Assembly: GCA_934747265.1 (NCBI GenBank)
Contig: CAKVGI010000002.1
Span: 34,282 to 98,281, forward strand
Origin: an uncultured Rickettsiales bacterium
GTDB taxonomy: Bacteria; Pseudomonadota; Alphaproteobacteria; Rickettsiales; UBA1997
Length of the DNA: 64,000 bases
Reading direction: 5' to 3'
The notes beneath the pieces were generated by a model. It did not search any database. It saw only the letters and a list, made by a program, of their open reading frames with translations, and was not told the DNA's origin. Shown in pieces: positions 20,763 to 31,385 of the stretch (positions are counted from its first letter, which is position 1; each line of letters opens with the position of its first letter). Position numbers and translations under genes: made by a program.

Positions 20763-23149
20763 ATCTTCCTCACTCTTTTATAAAATATAGGTAGCCAATC
20801 TTCAGGCTTATCACTCTTAATTTCTTTTATAATTTCATCTAAAAGCAAAACTGTTTCAGCTCTGCCAGATAAAACATTTATAATATCAGTCATTCCTGTT
20901 AAATCAATTTTAGCTATAACGCCACTATTATCTTGTTTAATTAAAAAATATCTGCTACCGGGATCTATTGTTTTTATTAATTGAAATTCTCTTTCTGATA
21001 ACATAAAAATTGTTCTATATGCTTCTGTTGCTTTTAAATTTGGTAAATAAATTTGTGTAGCAGTTTGTTGAACAAGAGTATCTGAAATAGCACTTTTTGT
21101 AGCATCTTCAACGGATTGTGTAGCAAATACAACGAATGCATTTAATTTTCTTAAAACTTTTAACCAATCTTTTATTCTTGGAGCAAAAACTGGATTATCT
21201 ATTAAAGCCCAAGCCTCATCAAGAATAATCATAGTTGGTGTACCATCAAGAGATGCGCTGATTCTATGAAATAAATACAGTAAAACTGGACTGATACTTA
21301 CTTTATCTTTTAATAATTCTCCCATATCAAAACCAAAAACCTTGGAAGAGAAAAAATCTATATTATCAATCTCATTATCAAATAATTTTGCACGAGAACC
21401 ATCAGAATGCCACATTTCTAGTCTTCCAGCTAGTGTATCAGGTCCAGAAATACCTAAAAATGGAGCTATATTTCTTAATATTCTTTTTTTAAAAGGTAAT
21501 TTGTAATTACCATTAACCGCTTCATTAATTCTTGCCATATCTGTGGCAGTTATGGTTTCTCCATTAACACTAACCATACTTCTTATCCATTCATTTAAGA
21601 ACGTTTTATTTTCGTTTGTCTCTGGTAAAGCTAATGGATTAAATCCAGATGACTTACTTGTATCTATTGTTGTATACTTGCCACCCATAGCTCTAATAAA
21701 AATCTCAGCGCCCCTATCTTTATCAAAAAAGAACATTCTGCAATTAAATTTTTGTGCTTGTGCGCATAAAAAATTCATTGTTACAGTTTTACCACTTCCA
21801 GTTGGTCCAATAATCATAGTGTGTCCAACGTCTCTAACATGAAAGTTAAAGAAAAATGGTGTTCCTGATACTGTATTTAAAACCGTAACAGCTGGTCCCC
21901 AATGATTTCTTTTAATTTTTCCAGTTGGATAGTTATGAAATGAAGCAAAGCTTGAAAGATTTAGTGTGTTTATGGTAGCACCTCTAACAACATACGAAAA
22001 ATTGCCCGGTAATTGTGCCCAAAATGATGCTTCCATATTAAGTCTTTCTCTAACAGCTGTAATTCCAATATTTGAAAATTCAACAATAATCATAGATAAG
22101 TCATTTTCAATGGATTTCATATTATCATCTGTACACATAATACTCAAATGATGTTTGCCGAAAGCAAACCTGCCACTCATTGTTGCATCCAATGCTTCAT
22201 CAATTTCTTGAATTTGGGATACAGCAACATCCTCTGATTGTATTAATCTTCTTTGTTGTAATTGTATATTACTAATAGCTACGGTTCTATTAATATACTC
22301 AAAAGATTGAGAAATAATAAATTCAAATGGTAATTGTAAAAAACCATCCATCATACCAGCGTTTGTGATATTTCTATATTCTTTAATTGATACCATACCG
22401 CCGTATTTTGTATTAAATGGAAATTTTACTTCAAAATTTTTGGAACCAAAATATATCTTATTTACCGGTAAGTATGAATCTAATCCGTATGGTATAAATC
22501 TATAATTTTGAGAATAACCACAATTAACTAAAGAACCTAAAAAATTACATACTTCTGAAAAAATGCCATTATTGGTTTCTACAACATCTAATAATTCGGC
22601 TCCGTAGTTTGATAAACCATTTAGTATTCTACTGGTGATTTCTTCCATTTCAATAAAATTTTCGCGCATGTTTCTTATTTTAGCTTTCTCATCTATTTTA
22701 TTTCTTAATCTTTTAAAAAATGTTGCAGCTTTTGCTAATCCTTGCGTGTCATCTTTCCTTATAATACTTAAATAGTGTTCGTTTGCAAAACTTCTATCGC
22801 CATCATGTCTTATTTTCCATTCATCGTTAATCCTTTTGGCGAAAGCGTTTGTCATTTCTCCTTCTGGAAAAGCTTCTTTCTTTTTTCTAATTGTATGAAA
22901 ATATAAACCAATATTTCCAGAAACCATACCTTTTAATAAATTATTTCTAGCTTCTTTTTTAATATCTATATCTTCATCGTCAGCAGTTTCAAAAGAAAAT
23001 CCTTTAATTTTTATAACCCTTAAAAAAGCATTATTTTTTAATAAAATGGTATTGGAATTCCAAAAACACTTGTATGGAATATAAATGGAAGATGATGTTT
23101 CCCATTTAAAATACTTATTTTTAGGAGGCTCTACAATACCAATTTTCAT
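20759..23149 (-). CDS. virB4: type IV secretion system ATPase VirB4
   Basis: CagE/TrbE/VirB4 family length (796 aa), Walker A GPTGSGKT, Walker B MIILDEAW, and FATQS. Confidence 0.9.
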   Translation of the reverse strand: MKIGIVEPPKNKYFKWETSSSIYIPYKCFWNSNTILLKNNAFLRVIKIKGFSFETADDEDIDIKKEARNNLLKGMVSGNIGLYFHTIRKKKEAFPEGEMTNAFAKRINDEWKIRHDGDRSFANEHYLSIIRKDDTQGLAKAATFFKRLRNKIDEKAKIRNMRENFIEMEEITSRILNGLSNYGAELLDVVETNNGIFSEVCNFLGSLVNCGYSQNYRFIPYGLDSYLPVNKIYFGSKNFEVKFPFNTKYGGMVSIKEYRNITNAGMMDGFLQLPFEFIISQSFEYINRTVAISNIQLQQRRLIQSEDVAVSQIQEIDEALDATMSGRFAFGKHHLSIMCTDDNMKSIENDLSMIIVEFSNIGITAVRERLNMEASFWAQLPGNFSYVVRGATINTLNLSSFASFHNYPTGKIKRNHWGPAVTVLNTVSGTPFFFNFHVRDVGHTMIIGPTGSGKTVTMNFLCAQAQKFNCRMFFFDKDRGAEIFIRAMGGKYTTIDTSKSSGFNPLALPETNENKTFLNEWIRSMVSVNGETITATDMARINEAVNGNYKLPFKKRILRNIAPFLGISGPDTLAGRLEMWHSDGSRAKLFDNEIDNIDFFSSKVFGFDMGELLKDKVSISPVLLYLFHRISASLDGTPTMIILDEAWALIDNPVFAPRIKDWLKVLRKLNAFVVFATQSVEDATKSAISDTLVQQTATQIYLPNLKATEAYRTIFMLSEREFQLIKTIDPGSRYFLIKQDNSGVIAKIDLTGMTDIINVLSGRAETVLLLDEIIKEIKSDKPEDWLPIFYKRVRKI

Positions 23150-23164
23150 TTACTATTTATTTAA

Positions 23165-23464
23165 TTAATAAAGATCATAAGAATTAGTTCCATTATAAAA
23201 AGTTTTATTACTACACTGCATAAAATTACTACTTTTCATTATAAGTATTTCAAGTGCTAATGGCTCTTTTAAACAAATTAAATATGCAATTCCGTGCAAA
23301 ACTGGCAATATAACTATCAAAAAAACAAAATTATTTGTTAGAACAAACGCCATTAAAGAACCGAGTATATTTAAAGACGCAAAAACATATGATACGCCAA
23401 GTATCATACTGGGTCTAGTAAGTCCTAAAAATAAAGGGTCAGCAACCAATTTTCCAGAAGCCAT
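23165..23464 (-). CDS. virB3: type IV secretion system protein VirB3
   Basis: The internal start MASGKLVADPLFLGLTRPSMILGVSY matches the VirB3 signature (pLfkGlTRP). Two TM helices are present. The longer ORF-track version (to 23635) would overlap ddl. Confidence 0.75.
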   Translation of the reverse strand: MASGKLVADPLFLGLTRPSMILGVSYVFASLNILGSLMAFVLTNNFVFLIVILPVLHGIAYLICLKEPLALEILIMKSSNFMQCSNKTFYNGTNSYDLY

Positions 23465-23584
23465 AAACACATATAATATTATATAAAAGAATATTAATAA
23501 ACTTAAAACTAAAATCAAGAAAAATGTTGCAATATTAAAAAAATAAGTATAAATTTTGTGTAAATAAATGAATTGGTTATTAAA

Positions 23585-24811
23585 ATGGATAAAAAAAATA
23601 TTGCTGTTTTTTTTGGTGGCAAATCTTTTGAACATGATGTTAGTATATTGACTGGTTTAGAAGCTTGTTATGCCCTTGATACTGAAAAATATAATGTTAT
23701 TCCAGTTTATGTAGATTTACAAAATCATCTTTGGACTGGTGATGCTTTACTTAGTAAAGATTTTTATCCTTTAAATGAAACAAATAAAAAAATAATTAAT
23801 AAATCAGAAATATTGATCGGAGAAGAAAAGCCAACAATTCAGATACAAAAACAAAAAATGTTTAATAAGTCATTGGAGAAAATTACTTTTGATGTCGCTT
23901 TATTAGCATTTCATGGTGAATATGGAGAGAATGGTCCATTTCAAGGATTGTTTGAATTAATGGATGTTCCATATACTGGTTGCAGAACTCTTTCAGCATC
24001 TGTATGTATGAATAAATCTGTTGCAAAAACACTCGTATCATCAGTTGGAGTTCCAGTTTTAGACGAAATATTAATAAAAAGACCAACAAACGATCAGTTT
24101 TTCGATGTTGATGATTTTACAAAACAAATGTCATTTAAATTTCCAGTTATAGTAAAACCAACTGCGTTGGGAAGTAGTATTGGCGTAAGTAAAGCTAACA
24201 ACAAAGATGAATTAAATGTATCTGTTTTACAAATATTTGCATTAGGTGATGATGTTTTAATTGAACCATTTGTTGAAAATCTAGAAGAATATAATATTTC
24301 TTTAACAAAGGCTGTTGATGGTGAAGTAAAATGTTCTATTATTGAACATCCATTGAAGAAAAATGCTGAGTTTTTGGGTTTTGTTGAGAAATATATGTCA
24401 AATTCTGGCGGAAAACGTGGATGTAAAAAAGCTGGTAGCAAATTAATGTCCGCCTCAGAAAGAGCTGGTTTATTATCACTAACAAGAGATTTTGAAATAA
24501 AAGAATTAACAGAAAGCCAAAAAGAACAAATTAAAGCATGGGCTATTGATGCTTTTGATGTTTTGGAATGTAATGGTATAGTTAGAATTGATTTTATGCA
24601 TAATTCTAAGACAAAAGATTTCTATTTTACAGAAGCAAACACAATACCTGGTTCTTTCGCTTATTATTTATGGGAAGCTAGCGAACCTAGCTATACATAT
24701 ACAGATTTAATGGATTTCTTGATTAATGAGGCTATTGAATTGCATAAGAGTAAAAAGGGTAATATTATTTTATCTTCTTCAAAATCAAAAATTTTTAAGG
24801 AGAAAGAATAA
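23585..24811 (+). CDS. ddl: D-alanine--D-alanine ligase family ATP-grasp enzyme (long form, about 408 aa)
   Basis: KNIAVFFGGKSFEHDVS, FHGEYGENGPFQGLFELMDVPYTGC, and C-terminal EANTIPGSF. There is an extra segment of about 40 aa (MSNSGGKRGCKKAGSKLMSASERAGLL) where the omega-loop region normally sits. The start is set at ATG 23585. Confidence 0.75.
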   Translation: MDKKNIAVFFGGKSFEHDVSILTGLEACYALDTEKYNVIPVYVDLQNHLWTGDALLSKDFYPLNETNKKIINKSEILIGEEKPTIQIQKQKMFNKSLEKITFDVALLAFHGEYGENGPFQGLFELMDVPYTGCRTLSASVCMNKSVAKTLVSSVGVPVLDEILIKRPTNDQFFDVDDFTKQMSFKFPVIVKPTALGSSIGVSKANNKDELNVSVLQIFALGDDVLIEPFVENLEEYNISLTKAVDGEVKCSIIEHPLKKNAEFLGFVEKYMSNSGGKRGCKKAGSKLMSASERAGLLSLTRDFEIKELTESQKEQIKAWAIDAFDVLECNGIVRIDFMHNSKTKDFYFTEANTIPGSFAYYLWEASEPSYTYTDLMDFLINEAIELHKSKKGNIILSSSKSKIFKEKE

Positions 24812-25545
24812 TGTACTCTGTAAAGCTTGAAGGCAGAAGCGATGCAAAGTTAAGGATTATATGGTTGCATGGTTGGGGTACAGATCATAATTCATTGATC
24901 TCATTAGCTATGCAATTTCAAAATCAAGCAGAGAATTATTTGGTAGATTTACCGGGTTTTGGGCAAACTCAGAAACCAGAAAAAGCTTATGGAAGTGAAG
25001 ATTACGCTGATGTTGTTGCTGATTTTATAAAATCATTACCGCCAAAAAAAACAATTGTAATTGGACATTCAAACGGCGGAAGAGTTATTATATCATTAAT
25101 CAGCAAATATAAACATATAGTTGATGGTGCTGTTTTAATTGCTGGCGCTGGTATGCCTTTAAGAAGAGGAATATTTTTTAAAACATATTCTTGGATGATA
25201 AGAACTTTTTCTCCTACTGTAAAAAAGATTTTTCCATTTTTAAAAAATGTTTCTTTAAGTTCAGCCGATTATAGAAATTCTAGTGGTGTTATGAAAGAGA
25301 CTTTTCTTAAAATAATAAAAGAAGATCTTAGAGAAAAAGCAAAAGAAATAGAAATGCCAGTACTTTTAATATACGGAGATCTTGATAGAGATACACCAGT
25401 TTATTTTGGTGAAGAATATAATAAAAGTATTAAAAATTCACAATTAAATATAATCAGTGGAGCTACACATTGGGGTTTAATTCTTGAATATAGAACTAAG
25501 GTTCATCATATTATTACTAATTTTATAAGGAAAAATTTATGTTAA
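24811..25545 (+). CDS. alpha/beta-fold hydrolase
   Basis: Nucleophile elbow GHSNGG, with later acidic (GDLDRDTP) and His (GATHWG) triad candidates. Its ATG overlaps the ddl stop (TAATG). Confidence 0.65.
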   Translation: MYSVKLEGRSDAKLRIIWLHGWGTDHNSLISLAMQFQNQAENYLVDLPGFGQTQKPEKAYGSEDYADVVADFIKSLPPKKTIVIGHSNGGRVIISLISKYKHIVDGAVLIAGAGMPLRRGIFFKTYSWMIRTFSPTVKKIFPFLKNVSLSSADYRNSSGVMKETFLKIIKEDLREKAKEIEMPVLLIYGDLDRDTPVYFGEEYNKSIKNSQLNIISGATHWGLILEYRTKVHHIITNFIRKNLC

Positions 25546-27101
25546 ATATCAATATTTACATAATAGCCATATCAACTTTTTTGTTTTGTTATTTTAGAAC
25601 AAGGTTTTTAATGTTGTTTTTTCAACAAGATGAATATAGAAACTTTTGGTTTTTGAAATTTATTTTTAAAAGAGCTGAATTGATTGATAAAAAACTAACA
25701 TTTTGTTTATTGTTAATTTGGGCTATTTCCCTTGAATTTCCATTTGTAGTATGGGGAATTATTCCATTATTTATATATTTTAGTTATAGTGAAAATGATT
25801 TTATTGAAAAAGCAAAAAAGAAATTAATGATTACAACAAGAATAAAAAGAATTTTAACCGTTGATTCTGTATTAATTGGTTTAGTTATTCTTTTTTGTAC
25901 TATAATTGAAATGTCTCAATTATTGACGGCTTTGATTTCTATACAATTATTACCATTTTTATTGATAATAAGTAATTTGATTTTGTCTCCTATTGAGAAA
26001 AGAGTTCAGAATAAGTTTAAAAATGAAGCTATTGAAAAAATTAATAAATTAAAACCAACTGTTATAGGTATTACTGGTTCTTATGGTAAAACATCTACGA
26101 AACATATATTAGCTCATATATTATCTGGAAACTTGCCAGTTTTATGGACACCAGGTAGTGTTAATACTGAAATGGGTATTACTAGAATTATAAGAGAGAA
26201 GTTAACGGAAGAACATAAATATTTTATTGCTGAAATGGGTGCTTATTTCAAAGGTTCAATAGAAAAATTGTGTAAGTTAACAAATCCACAACATGGAATT
26301 ATAACTTCAATTGGACAAGCTCATTATGAACATTTCAAAACACAAGAAGCGATTGCTAGTGCTAAATTTGAATTAGGTGAATGGGTAGAAAAAAATAAAG
26401 GTATTTTAATCGTAAATTCAAGTCAAATAGAGGAAAGATTTTTACCAAAAGATATGCCAATGATAAAAGTCGGAAAAGATTCTGATAATTATATAACGGA
26501 TATTTTACAAACAGAAGATGGATTAAAGTTTAATTTCCATACGGAAGGTAATTCTTATGAAGTATTAGCGCCAATTTATGGTGAACATCAAGCAATGAAT
26601 ATAGCTTTAAGTATTGAGATGGCTTTAAAGTTAGGCATGCCAATGAGTACAATATTAACAACTTTAAAAACATTACCACAAATTAACCATAGATTGGAAG
26701 TATTGCAAAGAGATAATGGGGTTAAAATTATTGATGATGCTTACAATTCAAATATTGAAGGTTTTAAATCTGGTCTTAATTTACTTCAAGTATTTCCAAG
26801 AAAAAGAAGAATACTTATAACACCGGGTATGGTAGAGCTTGGTAAAATGCATGATCAACAACATTATGAGATCGGTAAATATGCTGGTGAAAGAGTTGAT
26901 ATTGCTATTATTATTAGAAGTGATCGTATACCAACTTTTGTAAAAGGTTTTTCTGAGACAGCATTAAAAGAAACACAATTAATTCAAGCTGATTCATTTA
27001 AAGATGCACAACAATGGATGGATAATAATTTACAATCCGGAGATGTTGTCTTACTTGAAAATGATTTAACGGATATATACGAAAGCAAAAGAAGCTTATA
27101 A
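25539..27101 (+). CDS. Mur ligase family protein, MurF-like catalytic core fused to an N-terminal polytopic membrane domain
   Basis: The first 150 aa or so are hydrophobic (about 4 TM helices). MurF-type motifs follow: ITGSYGKTSTKHIL, IAEMGA, SIGQAHYEHF and DDAYNSNIEGF. It overlaps the hydrolase gene by 7 nt. Confidence 0.7.
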   Translation: MLNINIYIIAISTFLFCYFRTRFLMLFFQQDEYRNFWFLKFIFKRAELIDKKLTFCLLLIWAISLEFPFVVWGIIPLFIYFSYSENDFIEKAKKKLMITTRIKRILTVDSVLIGLVILFCTIIEMSQLLTALISIQLLPFLLIISNLILSPIEKRVQNKFKNEAIEKINKLKPTVIGITGSYGKTSTKHILAHILSGNLPVLWTPGSVNTEMGITRIIREKLTEEHKYFIAEMGAYFKGSIEKLCKLTNPQHGIITSIGQAHYEHFKTQEAIASAKFELGEWVEKNKGILIVNSSQIEERFLPKDMPMIKVGKDSDNYITDILQTEDGLKFNFHTEGNSYEVLAPIYGEHQAMNIALSIEMALKLGMPMSTILTTLKTLPQINHRLEVLQRDNGVKIIDDAYNSNIEGFKSGLNLLQVFPRKRRILITPGMVELGKMHDQQHYEIGKYAGERVDIAIIIRSDRIPTFVKGFSETALKETQLIQADSFKDAQQWMDNNLQSGDVVLLENDLTDIYESKRSL

Positions 27102-27109
27102 TTTAAAAA

Positions 27110-27143
27110 ATGCCTTGTCAAATATTTGATAAGGCATTTAATT
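27110..27143. terminator. bidirectional hairpin terminator between the Mur-ligase gene and nnr
   Basis: ATGCCTTGTCAA-ATAT-TTGATAAGGCAT forms a 12-bp stem. It is flanked by AAAAAA on the 5' side and TTAATTT on the 3' side. Confidence 0.55.
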
Positions 27144-27156
27144 TAAATAGAAAAAT

Positions 27157-28626
27157 TTATTCAATATTTTCAATATCTATCATATCAATTAATTCCTCTA
27201 TTAGGAAAATTTTGTTTAGTTTTAAACTGGCCTCTCCGTGAATCCAAGTGGCACAACAAACAGCTTTAAATTCATCCATACCCCTTGAAATAAGTCCAGT
27301 TATAATACCAGATAATACATCGCCAGAACCGGCAATACTTAAATTTCTGCTTGAATGTGTATTGATTACGACTTCACCACTAGGAGAAGCTATAATTGTA
27401 TCATGTCCTTTTAATACTATTATTGATTTACTTTTTTCTGAGGCTTTCTTGACTGAACCAATTTTATCATTTTCTTTATAATCAAACATCCTTTTAAATT
27501 CGCCAAGATGTGGTGTAAAAATGCAACTTGTCTTGATTGAGGTAAATAATTTATCCAAGCTATCTTTATCATCTTCAAATAAGCTTATTGCATCGGCATC
27601 AAAAATTATTGGACAATTAGCATATTTTAGAGTTGAAAATATTTTTTCTTTTAAGAAATTGGTTTTTCCATTACCACTACCAAGTAATATTCCGTTTATT
27701 TTTGTATTCTTTAATATTTGTTCAAATTCTTCTATTGTATCTGCTTTTTTTAAAATATCGGATATTGTGTGGTAAGAAATTTGGTTGTAATTATTTTTAT
27801 CACAAGTTATAAATACAATTCCAGCTCCGACTTTTTTAGCTGATTTTGAAGCTAAAATGCTTGCTCCATACATATCACCTGAATTAATTAAAACAGAACC
27901 TCGCGTATATTTATTTTCATCAACTTTTACTTGCGGAATATTATCTTTCCATATTTCGGGCGTATTAATAAAAGTTCTTATATTTAATTTGGAAATTTCT
28001 TCATCTGTTATTTTTATATCTATAATTTTTACTTGTCCGCAATACTGGCTTGCTGGTAATATAACATGAGCAACTTTTGGTAATGTAAATGAAATCGTTT
28101 CGGTTGCTTTGATTGCTACATTTGATATTTCGCCAGTATCGCCATTGATACCGGTTGGGATATCTATTGATATTACAGGAATATCTAAACTATTTATTAA
28201 CTCTATAATTCTTTTATATTCACCACTGATTTTTTTATTTAATCCGGAGCCAAAAATTGCATCAACAATTATATCGCAATTAGCAAATGTGTCTTTTTCA
28301 ACATATTTGAAATTTATTGATTTTCCGCCAATTCTATTCCATTTATCATAAGCTTCTTTGGCGTTTTCTGATGTTGGAATTTCGTTAAGTAAAACAAAAA
28401 CGTCCCAATTTGCATTTAGTAAATATCTAGCGACAGTATATCCATCAGCGCCATTATTTCCGGTACCACATACAACTACAACTTTTGATTTTTTATAATT
28501 TCTTTTAATTTCATTAAAAATCCCCTTTCCAGCAAATTCAGTTAAATCACTCATTGAAAATCCTGAATTTTTGTCCAATTCTTGCGATTGTTTAATTGTT
28601 ATAATTTTATTCATAGTTGCATCCAA
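27157..28626 (-). CDS. nnr: bifunctional NAD(P)H-hydrate repair enzyme Nnr (epimerase/dehydratase)
   Basis: YjeF N-domain (CGTGNNGADGY) plus a C-terminal ADP-dependent dehydratase domain (AGSGDVLSGIITGL). Confidence 0.85.
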   Translation of the reverse strand: MDATMNKIITIKQSQELDKNSGFSMSDLTEFAGKGIFNEIKRNYKKSKVVVVCGTGNNGADGYTVARYLLNANWDVFVLLNEIPTSENAKEAYDKWNRIGGKSINFKYVEKDTFANCDIIVDAIFGSGLNKKISGEYKRIIELINSLDIPVISIDIPTGINGDTGEISNVAIKATETISFTLPKVAHVILPASQYCGQVKIIDIKITDEEISKLNIRTFINTPEIWKDNIPQVKVDENKYTRGSVLINSGDMYGASILASKSAKKVGAGIVFITCDKNNYNQISYHTISDILKKADTIEEFEQILKNTKINGILLGSGNGKTNFLKEKIFSTLKYANCPIIFDADAISLFEDDKDSLDKLFTSIKTSCIFTPHLGEFKRMFDYKENDKIGSVKKASEKSKSIIVLKGHDTIIASPSGEVVINTHSSRNLSIAGSGDVLSGIITGLISRGMDEFKAVCCATWIHGEASLKLNKIFLIEELIDMIDIENIE

Positions 28627-28866
28627 TAATTATCTAGGATAATTTTAATATAAGATATTATTATTTCAACAATAATATATTAGATATTAACAGTAAGATT
28701 ATTTTTAGTGAGATATAAGATTATATAAGTAAAAATTGTATAGATTTTGAATATAGATTTGATAGTATTAAAAGTTAATGATATTTTCAAAATACTATTA
28801 TATTTCTTGACAAATAAAAAAAATATTTTACTCTTGAAGAAAAGTTTATAAATAAAAAGGTTTAAG

Positions 28867-29064
28867 ATGGCAAACGGTAAAACAGCAAAAAGAAAGAGAC
28901 CTGCAATATTATTTAAGTTAGTAAGTACCGCAGGTACAGGTTATTTTTACTTAGCAAGGAGAAATCCTAAAAAAAGACCTAACAAGATGGAATTTAACAA
29001 ATTTGATCCTGTTGCTAGAAAACACGTTCTATTTAAAGAAGAAAAGTTAGGCGGTAGCAAGTAA
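28867..29064 (+). CDS. rpmG: 50S ribosomal protein L33
   Basis: [12 protein letters not shown]...[14 protein letters not shown] is the L33 signature. An AAAGG SD lies upstream. Confidence 0.9.
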   Translation: MANGKTAKRKRPAILFKLVSTAGTGYFYLARRNPKKRPNKMEFNKFDPVARKHVLFKEEKLGGSK

Positions 29065-29175
29065 TAACTCGTATTTTTTAAAAAAGATTGACAATTTTTA
29101 TTTAATAAAAATTGTTGATTTTTTTTATGCTTTTTTTAAAATTATTGTGAAAGTATAATTTTAAGAAAGTATAGA

Positions 29176-29589
29176 GTGAGAGAGAAGGTTAGAAGGATAG
29201 TTGAGAAAGTTAAGTATATTATATTTTTTGTTTGTTTGTTTTGTGTTGGTTGTTTACCTTTAACGAGTAATGGTTTTAAAGACGTACATGTGGATTATTC
29301 GGAACAGGATGTTATAAAAGTATTAGGTAAACCATCGACAAAAAATGAATTTTATAGCAAAAAATATATGATATACTACGTACACGATAGTGTATTTAGT
29401 CTTTTTTTTAATAAAAATAATTTCCCTTATGTTGGTTTTTATCCACTTTTAAGGACTGGGACGGAATATTGGGTTATATTAGACAATAATAAAGTTGTTG
29501 CTTTTGGTCCGGCTAAAAGATTTAATGGTGGCAATATTCCGAAAGCGTTGGATGCTAAAAGTTCTTATATAATTTCTGGGGAGGATTGA
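29176..29589 (+). CDS. small envelope protein, possibly BamE/SmpA-OmlA-like lipoprotein
   Basis: Hydrophobic N-terminus ending in ...FCVGCL, then EQDVIKVLGKPS, which resembles the BamE domain. GTG start. The call is weak. Confidence 0.35.
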   Translation: MREKVRRIVEKVKYIIFFVCLFCVGCLPLTSNGFKDVHVDYSEQDVIKVLGKPSTKNEFYSKKYMIYYVHDSVFSLFFNKNNFPYVGFYPLLRTGTEYWVILDNNKVVAFGPAKRFNGGNIPKALDAKSSYIISGED

Positions 29590-29590
29590 T

Positions 29591-31378
29591 ATGTATTTTT
29601 CAGATAAAAAATCCTTTAAGAAATGCTTATGGAAAATAAATCAATATGATGAAAGATTAGCTTTGGCCATATATCAAAAATTTGGTTTTTCGGAAATATT
29701 GTCTAGATTGTTAAGCATACGTAATATTAAGTTGGAAGAAATTAATGACTTTATTAATCCTACAATTAGAAGATATTTAACAGATCCAAATGATTTATTG
29801 GATATGAAAAAAGCTATTGATATTGTATATCAATCAATTATAAATAAAGAAAAAATATGTATATTTGGTGATTATGATGTTGATGGCGTATCTTCTTCGG
29901 CATTAATGAAAAACTTTTTTGATTTAATAAACGTAAATTCTATTATATATATACCAGATAGAGTTAATGAAGGATATGGTCCAAATTGTGAAGCTTTTAA
30001 AAAATTAAAAAATGAAAGAGGTGTTGATTTAATTTTAACTGTTGATTGTGGTATATCGGCTTTTGAACCTTGTAAATTAGCAAAAGAAATTGGGTTAAAA
30101 GTTGTTATAACAGATCATCATTTAGGTGATTGTAAATTACCGGAAGCTGAGGCTGTTGTAAATCCTAATAGATTAGATGAAACAACTATATATAAAAATT
30201 TGGCTGGCGTAGGCGTTGGCTTTTTGTTCCTTGTAGCTTTAAATAAAAAACTTAGAGAGAACAAATTTTTTGAAGAAAATAATCTTAAAGAACCAAACTT
30301 ATTGCAATTTCTTGATTTAGTTGTTTTGGGTACTATATGTGATGTTGTTCCGTTAGTTGGTTTGAATAGAGCTTTTGTTAGACAAGGACTTAAAGTAATA
30401 CATAATAGAACAAACTCAGGGATTAAATCTTTGATAAATATATCAGAAATAGAAGAAGAAATTGGTACTTATCATATTGGTTTTATTTTAGGTCCTAGAA
30501 TTAATTCAACTGGTAGAATAGGTGAATCAGACTTATCTAGTAAACTATTATGTTTAAAAGATGATTTTGAAACCACTAAAATTGCAAAGAACTTAAATTT
30601 GTATAATCAAGAGAGACAAGCGATAGAAAAAGTTGTATTGCAAGAAGCTATAAACAAAATAGAAAAAAATGAATTATATAATGATAGTATTATTTTTATA
30701 GAAGGTGATGGGTGGCATGAAGGTGTAATCGGTATAATTGCTTCAAGAATTAAAGATAAATTTGAAAAGCCGACAGTAGTTTTGACGAAGATTAAAGATT
30801 ATTATAGAGCATCTTGTAGATCTGTGCAAAATGTTGATATAGGTAGAGCAATATTAAAAGCTAAGATTAAAGATTTAATCAAGGATGGTGGCGGACATGC
30901 GATGGCGGGTGGTTTTAGTGTTGATTGTTCAAAATTTAATGAATTAAAAGAATTTTTTATTCAAGAGCTTAGTAAGGATGTAGAAAATTACTTAAATAAT
31001 AAAGAAAGAGATGCAGATTTAGTTCTTGAATGTAAAAGTCTTTCAGTAAATTTGGCAAACGAAATAGAAAAATTGGGTCCATTTGGTGCTGGTAATCATA
31101 AACCAAAAATAATATTGAAAAATGTTGTTATAGTTAAAGCTGATATAGTTGGAAAAAATCAAAATAATTTAAGATTAATTATTTGTGATAACGATATGAT
31201 AAATTTATCTAAAGGTATTGTTGCAATGTGTTTTAGAACCACGAAAGATGATAAAATATTTTCTTTATTATCTCAAAAAAGACAAAATGTCAATTTATTT
31301 GGTGAATTAAATATAAATAAATGGCAGGGACAACAAAATATTCAATTTATTGTAGAGGATGTTTTAATTGGAGATTAA
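29591..31378 (+). CDS. recJ: single-stranded-DNA-specific exonuclease RecJ
   Basis: DHH family motifs: FGDYDVDGVSS, TVDCG, ITDHH and GGGHAMAGG. Confidence 0.9.
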   Translation: MYFSDKKSFKKCLWKINQYDERLALAIYQKFGFSEILSRLLSIRNIKLEEINDFINPTIRRYLTDPNDLLDMKKAIDIVYQSIINKEKICIFGDYDVDGVSSSALMKNFFDLINVNSIIYIPDRVNEGYGPNCEAFKKLKNERGVDLILTVDCGISAFEPCKLAKEIGLKVVITDHHLGDCKLPEAEAVVNPNRLDETTIYKNLAGVGVGFLFLVALNKKLRENKFFEENNLKEPNLLQFLDLVVLGTICDVVPLVGLNRAFVRQGLKVIHNRTNSGIKSLINISEIEEEIGTYHIGFILGPRINSTGRIGESDLSSKLLCLKDDFETTKIAKNLNLYNQERQAIEKVVLQEAINKIEKNELYNDSIIFIEGDGWHEGVIGIIASRIKDKFEKPTVVLTKIKDYYRASCRSVQNVDIGRAILKAKIKDLIKDGGGHAMAGGFSVDCSKFNELKEFFIQELSKDVENYLNNKERDADLVLECKSLSVNLANEIEKLGPFGAGNHKPKIILKNVVIVKADIVGKNQNNLRLIICDNDMINLSKGIVAMCFRTTKDDKIFSLLSQKRQNVNLFGELNINKWQGQQNIQFIVEDVLIGD

Positions 31379-31385
31379 TTTAATA

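Noticed and set aside
23465-23635. A 57-codon N-terminal extension of the virB3 ORF.
   Set aside because: It is low-complexity and hydrophobic, and it overlaps the divergent ddl start region. The VirB3 family signature begins right after the internal ATG at 23464.
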